Shown piece after piece: positions 58,659 through 64,000 of a DNA stretch of 64,000 nucleotides. This DNA is from an uncultured delta proteobacterium (GTDB lineage Bacteria; Desulfobacterota; Binatia; HRBIN30; BPIQ01), in assembly GCA_963761335.1 (NCBI GenBank), contig CAVXGR010000018.1, positions 1,088,001-1,152,000 on the forward strand, read 5' to 3'. The notes beneath the pieces were generated by a model that was not told where the DNA came from, did no database searches, and was given only the letters and a program-made list of their open reading frames with translations. How positions within the stretch are numbered: the first letter of the stretch is position 1; every line of letters begins with the position of its first letter. A program made the translations under genes and the position numbers.

Positions 58659-59396
58659 TCACTTGTCGGCGGGCGGGGCGGCGGCGCCGCCGTCGAACTT
58701 CGCCTGGTCCGCCAACCATGCGGCGCGCGCCTCATCCTGCTTGTGCTTGCGCGCCAGGGCCTCTTCCACCTGGCGAGGGATCTCCTCGATGCGCGCCAGA
58801 TGGAGGCGCCGGGCGAGCTCGAGCAGCGACACGTCGCGTTCCGGGAGCTGATCGCGGTAGTGATCGAGCAGGTAGGTGGTGAACTCGACGTAATCGGTGG
58901 AGAGCTGGGCGCGGTGATCGTAGTAGTTGCGGATCTCGTCTTCGCTGCCGGTCCCTGAGAGCACCTTGCCGTACTCGACGTTCCAGTGGGCCCGTTCGGC
59001 TTGGCGCGCCGCGATCACCGCTTCGTCCTTGGTCGGCGCCGACATCTTGAAGTAGAGGTTGTCGGGCATCGCCCGGCGCACGGCGTCGAGATCGACCGCC
59101 GACCAGGCCTCGGCGATCTCGTCCATGCGGTCGGGGACCAGCTGATCCGCCGGAATCGAGGCGTCGTCCGGAGCGGGCGATGGCGCCGGCACGTGTCCGG
59201 GAGGCACGGTCGGCAGGGGCCGCTCTGGCGCCGCGGGAGGCGGCTGCGCTGCGGCGGGATTTGCCAGCGGCAGTGCGGCGCCGGCGATCTCACCCGGCGG
59301 CGCGGGGCTGTGCCGCGGGCGCAGCCCCAGCCAGGCGACGAGAGCTGCGGCGGCAAAGCCGCCGATGACGATCAGTGCGAATCGACGTGACCCCAT
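58659..59396 (-). CDS. Hypothetical membrane-anchored helical protein
   Basis: N-terminal TM, Pro-rich linker, helical domain (PDNLYF..YYDHRAQLSTDY). Confidence 0.75.
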   Translation of the reverse strand: MGSRRFALIVIGGFAAAALVAWLGLRPRHSPAPPGEIAGAALPLANPAAAQPPPAAPERPLPTVPPGHVPAPSPAPDDASIPADQLVPDRMDEIAEAWSAVDLDAVRRAMPDNLYFKMSAPTKDEAVIAARQAERAHWNVEYGKVLSGTGSEDEIRNYYDHRAQLSTDYVEFTTYLLDHYRDQLPERDVSLLELARRLHLARIEEIPRQVEEALARKHKQDEARAAWLADQAKFDGGAAAPPADK

Positions 59397-59401
59397 GCCG
59401 C

Positions 59402-60574
59402 TTACTCCTCGAGGACGCCGATGCCGTCGGGAAAGTTGAGTCCTTGGTCGATGGTCTCGGGCGGCTGCGGCTCGCCGTTCTCGAAGCGAATGCGGCGCAC
59501 GCTTCCGGCATTCTCGCCTGGCCCGATGTCGGTCGCCCCGACCACCACGCCGATGTCGGCGTAGTAGAGCGTCCCTTGCGAATCGAGCCCGATCCCGAAG
59601 GGGGTGCCGGTCGGGAACGGCGGCAGACCGGTCGTCGGGGGCTGAAGGATGGTCCGCAGAAATTGACCGCCGGCATCGTACTCGGCGATGACGCCGTTGA
59701 AGACGCTCGACACGTAGAACGTCCCGGATGCCGTCTGCACGACGGCGTTTGGCGTTGGCAGATGCATCTGGTCGAGGATGAAGGTCTCGGCGTTCACCGA
59801 ATCGGCGACAGGTGCGCCCGTGCCGTCGATCTGGCCGCAGCCGCCGGCGGCGTCGTCGCCGGTCGGAAAGGGCGGGCTGTAGCGGAGAACGCGACCGCCT
59901 CCGGGCATATCGCCGCCGCGGGCGCTGGCGACGTAGATGCGGTCGTCGGCGTCCACCCAGATTCCACCGGCGGTGGCGATGCCGATGTCGAGCTTGCAGT
60001 AGTGCTGCTCGGCGGGAGGGCGGTCGAACGGCGGAAACCAGATGATCAGCTGTCCATCCCCCGGACCGGAGGCCTGATTGCCCACGTCGGTGGTCAGCGC
60101 CGCTCCGCTGCTGAGGAAGCCGCAGCCGTAGTTCTCGGCGTTGTCCGCCGACCCCTGGTAGGTCGGCGTCAGCTTGCCGATCTCCTGCGCCGAGAGCTCA
60201 CTCACCGCCTCGCCGTGGAGCTGAAAGATTCCCCAGCCCTGTCGCGGGTTCGGTTGATTGGTATCCTCGCCGGCAATGAAGCGACGCGAGCCGTCGGGAA
60301 AGAAACAGATCTGCGCGTTGATGTCGCGGCCGTAGTCCGGAATGTCGTCGGAGCTGGGAATGACGACGCGCTTCTCGAAGGTGCTGGCGTCGTAGGCGTC
60401 GAGGCGGTTGTTCTCGGCGTTGAAGATGATGACCGAGTGCGTGCCGCTGCCGCCATTGCCGTCACCGCCACAGCCGGCTAGCGGCGGCAGCAGACCCGCG
60501 GCCAGCAGCGCCGACAGCAGCAGAAAGTGTTCCCGCCGCCGGGCGCGGTGCAGATTCCCAGTACGCTCGCCCAT
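59402..60574 (-). CDS. Putative beta-propeller lipoprotein (SMP-30/NHL-like)
   Basis: Lipobox LAGC; TPFGIGLD..LYYAD and FPDGIG repeats. Confidence 0.7.
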   Translation of the reverse strand: MGERTGNLHRARRREHFLLLSALLAAGLLPPLAGCGGDGNGGSGTHSVIIFNAENNRLDAYDASTFEKRVVIPSSDDIPDYGRDINAQICFFPDGSRRFIAGEDTNQPNPRQGWGIFQLHGEAVSELSAQEIGKLTPTYQGSADNAENYGCGFLSSGAALTTDVGNQASGPGDGQLIIWFPPFDRPPAEQHYCKLDIGIATAGGIWVDADDRIYVASARGGDMPGGGRVLRYSPPFPTGDDAAGGCGQIDGTGAPVADSVNAETFILDQMHLPTPNAVVQTASGTFYVSSVFNGVIAEYDAGGQFLRTILQPPTTGLPPFPTGTPFGIGLDSQGTLYYADIGVVVGATDIGPGENAGSVRRIRFENGEPQPPETIDQGLNFPDGIGVLEE

Positions 60575-60659
60575 GATCGCCCCTCCCGCCATGGTTCGCC
60601 CGCGTTTGGCGAATGCGGCTCAGTACCGCGGCGCTCGCGCCGCTGTCAAATGTCGCCGA

Positions 60660-61577
60660 TCACTTCCGCTTTCGGGCGCGCGGGCGCGGCCGCACGACGT
60701 GCTGCCGGCGCGGCTTTCGGGAGCGCGGTCCCTGGCTGTAGTCGCCGAAGGGCTGATCGCGCCGGCGCACCGCCTCGCCGACACCCTGATCGGCGGCGGT
60801 GGCGACGAAGTCGAGAGCCTCGGGGGTGTTGCGCATGTAGCCGTCGATGACCGGACCGAGCAGCTGGGTGCTGTGCAGGCCCATGTTGTCGTACGCCTGA
60901 TTGACGATCAGCTTCATTGCCGCGAGCTGCGAGAGGGGAATCTGCGCCAGCCGCTCGGCGCAGCGGCGCACCTCGGCCTTCAGCCGGCGAAAGGGAACGG
61001 CCTTGTTGATCAGCTCGACGGCGGCCGCCTCCTTGCCGCTCAGCGGCTCTCCCGTGAGCGCGTGCCACTTGGCGCGTGTCAGCCCGAGGCGGTAGAGCCA
61101 CATGCCGGTCAGGTAGCAGCCCCACATGCGCGAGTACGGGGTGCCGATCTGCGCGTCCTCCGCGGCGATGACGATGTCGGCGCACAGCGCCATGTCGGAG
61201 CCGCCGCCGACGCACCAGCCGTGCACCTGTGCGATCACCGGCTTGGGGCTGCGCCAGAGACTCATGAACTTGGGGACGGGCGCCGCGAAGGGGCTGGTCG
61301 TGTAGATGAGGTCCTTCCCGGGGTCCCAGCGCCCCTGCGTCGTCAGCTCCTCCTTGAAGTGGCCGAAGTCCTCGGAGAAGTCGAAGCCGGCGCAGAAGGC
61401 GCGGCCGGCGCCGCGGAGAACGATGACGCGCACCTGCGGATCCCGGTTGGCGGCGATCACCGCCTGCTCCAGCTCGTCCGGCATCGGCGGCACGATGGTG
61501 TTGAGTCTCTCGGGTCGATTGAGTGTGATCGTCGCCACGGCGCCGTCGGTGTCGTAGAGAATCGTCTCGTAGGGCAT
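60660..61577 (-). CDS. Enoyl-CoA hydratase/crotonase family protein
   Basis: TLNRPERLN, AFCAGFD, KPVIAQVHGWCVGGG. Confidence 0.93.
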   Translation of the reverse strand: MPYETILYDTDGAVATITLNRPERLNTIVPPMPDELEQAVIAANRDPQVRVIVLRGAGRAFCAGFDFSEDFGHFKEELTTQGRWDPGKDLIYTTSPFAAPVPKFMSLWRSPKPVIAQVHGWCVGGGSDMALCADIVIAAEDAQIGTPYSRMWGCYLTGMWLYRLGLTRAKWHALTGEPLSGKEAAAVELINKAVPFRRLKAEVRRCAERLAQIPLSQLAAMKLIVNQAYDNMGLHSTQLLGPVIDGYMRNTPEALDFVATAADQGVGEAVRRRDQPFGDYSQGPRSRKPRRQHVVRPRPRARKRK

Positions 61578-62254
61578 GGGTCGCGTCTCCTGGATTCCAG
61601 CTCTTGGGCAAAGGCTCTGCTAGCATCCCGGTCTCGACGGCGAAAGGCGGAAGGGGACAGGCAGGTGGGGACAGGCTTTTTCCAACGAATCGAGCCCCGG
61701 TGCCGCCGCCGAAGGTTGTTGCGTTGTTGGTTGTTGGTTGTTGGTAAGAAGGGGGGAACCGACCTAGCAACCAACAACCCGCCCGCAGCCAACGGGCATT
61801 CCGCTGGGCAAAGCCAGGATGCACTGCTTCGAAAATCTGTTGGGTGTGCGCTTCGGGGGCGCGTTCCCTCTCCCGCATTACTTGGCGGGGGTTACCATGT
61901 ACGGCATGGTGATTGCCGCGGGGAGCTCGAACGCGAGGGGGGTTGGTAGCCTCCGCTCCCGCGGGCCTCAAGGACCATATTCCCCTCGTCGCCTCCCTGC
62001 GGTCGGCGCCGATTCCTCGCGGAACAAAATCGTCCTTGACCCCCGCTCCGCTGCGGCTGGTGGGGGCTCCTATGGCGGAAAGGGAGACCTTTCCGCCTGC
62101 GGACAAGGCGGAACGCTCCACCCGGAGCAGAGGGGGCAGAGGCAACGCGTGCCTTATCGCGCCGAAAAGGGGAGCCTCCTTCTCAGAAACGCGAGACGCC
62201 ACAGTGGCGTTCAGCAACGCTGCATCGCAGGCAGCAAAACGGAAGGAGACTCCC

Positions 62255-63346
62255 ATGCGAAGATTAGTTCTAAAGCCCGTAGGCAAGCAACACCTCCCAA
62301 CGCGCCCCGCCGCCGGCGAGAGCGTGATCATCGGTGTCGATCTGTCGCGCTCGAAATGGGTCTACACCTGTCGCTGGAGTGGGCTGGAGCAGCGGCGGCT
62401 GAGCACCCCCGGCGAGCTCTGCCACCTCCAAGCTCTGGCAGGCGAGTACCGGGGCTACGGCTGCCACGTGCACATCGTCTACGAGGCCTGCGGCTTCGGC
62501 TACGAGATCGCCTGGTGGGCGCAGGCGCAGGGACTCGATGTGCTGGTGGTGCCGCCGAGCACCGTGGAGAAGGCACCCGGCAGCCACGTGAAGACCGATG
62601 GACACGACGCCAGCGGCCTGGCACTGCGCTACGAGAGAGGAATGCTCAAAGGCATCCACATTCCGGTCCGGAACTGTCACCAGCTGCGCCAGCTGTCGCG
62701 CACTTACGATGCCGCTCTGCGCGATCGCAAGAGACAGCAAGCCAGAGTGCGCATGCTGCTCCAAGAGCACGGATACATGCCGCCTGCGCCGAGCGCCGGC
62801 TGGTCGACGCTCGGGCAGTGGCTGGCGGCCCAGGAGTTCGCCGCCGCCCTCAAGGCCTGTGTGGCGCAGCTGCTCATCCTGCGCCAGAGCGCCGCGATGA
62901 GCACCAAGATGCTCAAGACAGAGCTGCTTGGGGTCGCTGCCCTGCCGCAGTACAAGCCACTGGTTCAGGCGCTCACCGCGCAGTCCGGTGTGGGCAAATT
63001 CACCGCGATTCGCTTCGTGCTCGAGGTGGGCGACATCCATCGCTTTGCCACCGCCGACTCCATCGTCAACTTCTACGGCCTCGCGCCCCAGGAGCACAGC
63101 ACCGGCGACACCGTGCGACGGGGTCGGATTCGCAAGTGCGGTCCCGCCTTCATTCGCTCGTGGATCATCCAGTGCGCCTGGGTTGCTCGCGGTACCCGTG
63201 GCGATGCCGAGCTGCGGGAGTTCTACCAGAGACTGTGGCCGCGGGTCGGCAAGAAGAAGGCCATCGTGGCGGTGGCGCGCAAGCTGGCACTGCGGCTGCG
63301 AGCTCGCTGGCTCGCCTACGAGCGGAGCCAGGCGCAAGCGGCCTAG
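62255..63346 (+). CDS. IS110 family transposase/recombinase
   Basis: GVD, YEA, KTDGHDA (DEDD); SGVG..EVGDIHRF..YGLAPQEHSTG..KKKAIVAVARKL; AAGGAG RBS. Confidence 0.95.
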   Translation: MRRLVLKPVGKQHLPTRPAAGESVIIGVDLSRSKWVYTCRWSGLEQRRLSTPGELCHLQALAGEYRGYGCHVHIVYEACGFGYEIAWWAQAQGLDVLVVPPSTVEKAPGSHVKTDGHDASGLALRYERGMLKGIHIPVRNCHQLRQLSRTYDAALRDRKRQQARVRMLLQEHGYMPPAPSAGWSTLGQWLAAQEFAAALKACVAQLLILRQSAAMSTKMLKTELLGVAALPQYKPLVQALTAQSGVGKFTAIRFVLEVGDIHRFATADSIVNFYGLAPQEHSTGDTVRRGRIRKCGPAFIRSWIIQCAWVARGTRGDAELREFYQRLWPRVGKKKAIVAVARKLALRLRARWLAYERSQAQAA

Positions 63347-63389
63347 ACTCTTGTTCATCGACCACCAACCCGCTCCGCATCCGGCAGGC

Positions 63390-63545
63390 TGTCCCCTCGA
63401 GCGACTGCGTCTGGCCCTCTGGTTGCGCCGCAAGGTGCCAACGTTCGGGAGTTTTGCAGCGCTCGGCAATATCCAACGGGACGAATGATAACTTGGTGAC
63501 CGTCCCCACACGAGGACGCGCACGAATAGAAGACTCGCCACCGAC
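63390..63545 (+). ncRNA. Putative bridge/seek RNA in the IS 3' non-coding end
   Basis: Two stem/internal-loop/hairpin modules whose loop strands match the target (CTGGCCCTCT, CGGGAG) and the donor junction (ATGATAACT, ATAGAAG). Boundaries approximate. Confidence 0.7.
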
Positions 63546-63585
63546 GGATCGGAGCCCAGAACAGAGCGAGGGCGTACATGACCAC

Positions 63586-63591
63586 TTGACA
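63586..63591 (+). promoter_or_regulatory. -35 box of the IS circle-junction promoter (its -10 partner TACCAT is at 61893-61898)
   Basis: Circularisation gives TTGACA-N17-TACCAT. Confidence 0.7.
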
Positions 63592-63629
63592 AGAGCCGTC
63601 ATAGAAGAGGGTCAGGGTTCAGTGAGACA

Positions 63630-64000
63630 GGAACCCCTCACCTTGATCCTCTCCCCGCAGAAAGATGCGGGGAGAGGAGACCCGCCCCCGCGGCGCGGAA
63701 GTATCATCGCAAGCGTCTGATCGGTGAATCAGGACGCCGTCCATTTTCATCGTCTACTGGCGAGCCGCAAGGCTCATGAGGCACTGCTTCGAAAATCTGT
63801 TGGGTGAAGGTCTGGCGGAGCGCACCGGGGCTTGGCGTGGAGGCTTATCGCCCCGGAGGGGCGCAGGCATGTAGCCCCGGGTGTTAACCCGGGGACCGCG
63901 TTCGGCCCAGATCAGCGCCCCGCAGGGGCGCAGGCGTAGAGGCCGCGTGGATCACGTCGATGAGCTTCCCACGCACCCAGCGGTGATCATCGGCGTACAG
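63630..64000. repeat. Composite repeat cluster (inverted copies of 10151-10333 and 23895-24146)
   Basis: Visual alignment of reverse complements; truncated by the window end. Confidence 0.8.

Larger units (their letters stand above)
61892..63605 (+). mobile_element. IS110-family (IS1111-like) insertion sequence inserted in a REP-A hairpin
   Basis: Joining 61866-61889 to 63606-63618 restores CCCTCTCCCGC-ATTACTTG-GCGGGAGAGGG-TCAGGGT; imperfect subterminal IRs (ATGTACGGC / GCCGTCAT); encodes a DEDD recombinase. Confidence 0.85.

Noticed and set aside
61715..61780. GTTGTTG tandem run with partial inverse as a functional element
   Set aside because: Short low-complexity repeat with no supporting context.
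61913..62254. 114-aa N-terminal extension of the transposase, and overlapping ORF 61819..63720
   Set aside because: A strong RBS and ATG at 62255 give a normal-length IS110 protein; the extension is Arg/Ala/Pro-rich and spans RNA hairpins.
249..62331. Many long Arg/Pro/Ala-rich or antisense ORFs in the track (e.g. 15270..18152, 26029..27993, 32773..34944, 38359..40869, 48941..51319)
   Set aside because: Typical high-GC shadow ORFs overlapping well-supported genes, with no recognisable motifs.
61821..63806. 26-bp direct repeat GCACTGCTTCGAAAATCTGTTGGGTG on both sides of the IS, as a target-site duplication
   Set aside because: The copies lie 45 and 175 bp outside the inferred IS ends and belong to a dispersed repeat family; IS110 elements do not make long TSDs.

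Overview
High-GC bacterial chromosomal window. The gene style suggests a Binatota/deltaproteobacterial-type genome, but that is inference only. Contents in order: (i) two tandem type II DMSO-reductase-family (ethylbenzene/steroid-C25-dehydrogenase-like) alpha genes, both with frameshifts, converging on a TetR-gamma-beta-delta operon; (ii) lipid and aromatic catabolism, redox and envelope genes (GST, sirtuin, UPF0182, acyl-CoA pathway, TauE, NoeA-like module, AOR-MoaD, PilT-like ATPase, VOC/SDR/flavin monooxygenase, TesB, Lnt, crotonase); (iii) a 17.5 kb multiheme cytochrome cluster with about 60 heme motifs in six proteins, three NHL proteins, an outer-membrane beta-barrel, an OmcE-like tetraheme, and a membrane-anchored ferredoxin/NAD(P)H flavoprotein plus a His-rich membrane protein. 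Together these look like a complete cytoplasm-to-exterior electron conduit; (iv) an IS110/IS1111-type element inserted precisely in a REP hairpin, with a readable circle-junction promoter and a 3' non-coding bridge-RNA candidate whose loops match its target and donor; (v) several families of intergenic REP/REPIN-like repeats. No rRNA, tRNA or CRISPR array was seen. All family assignments are from motif recognition by eye, not database searches.
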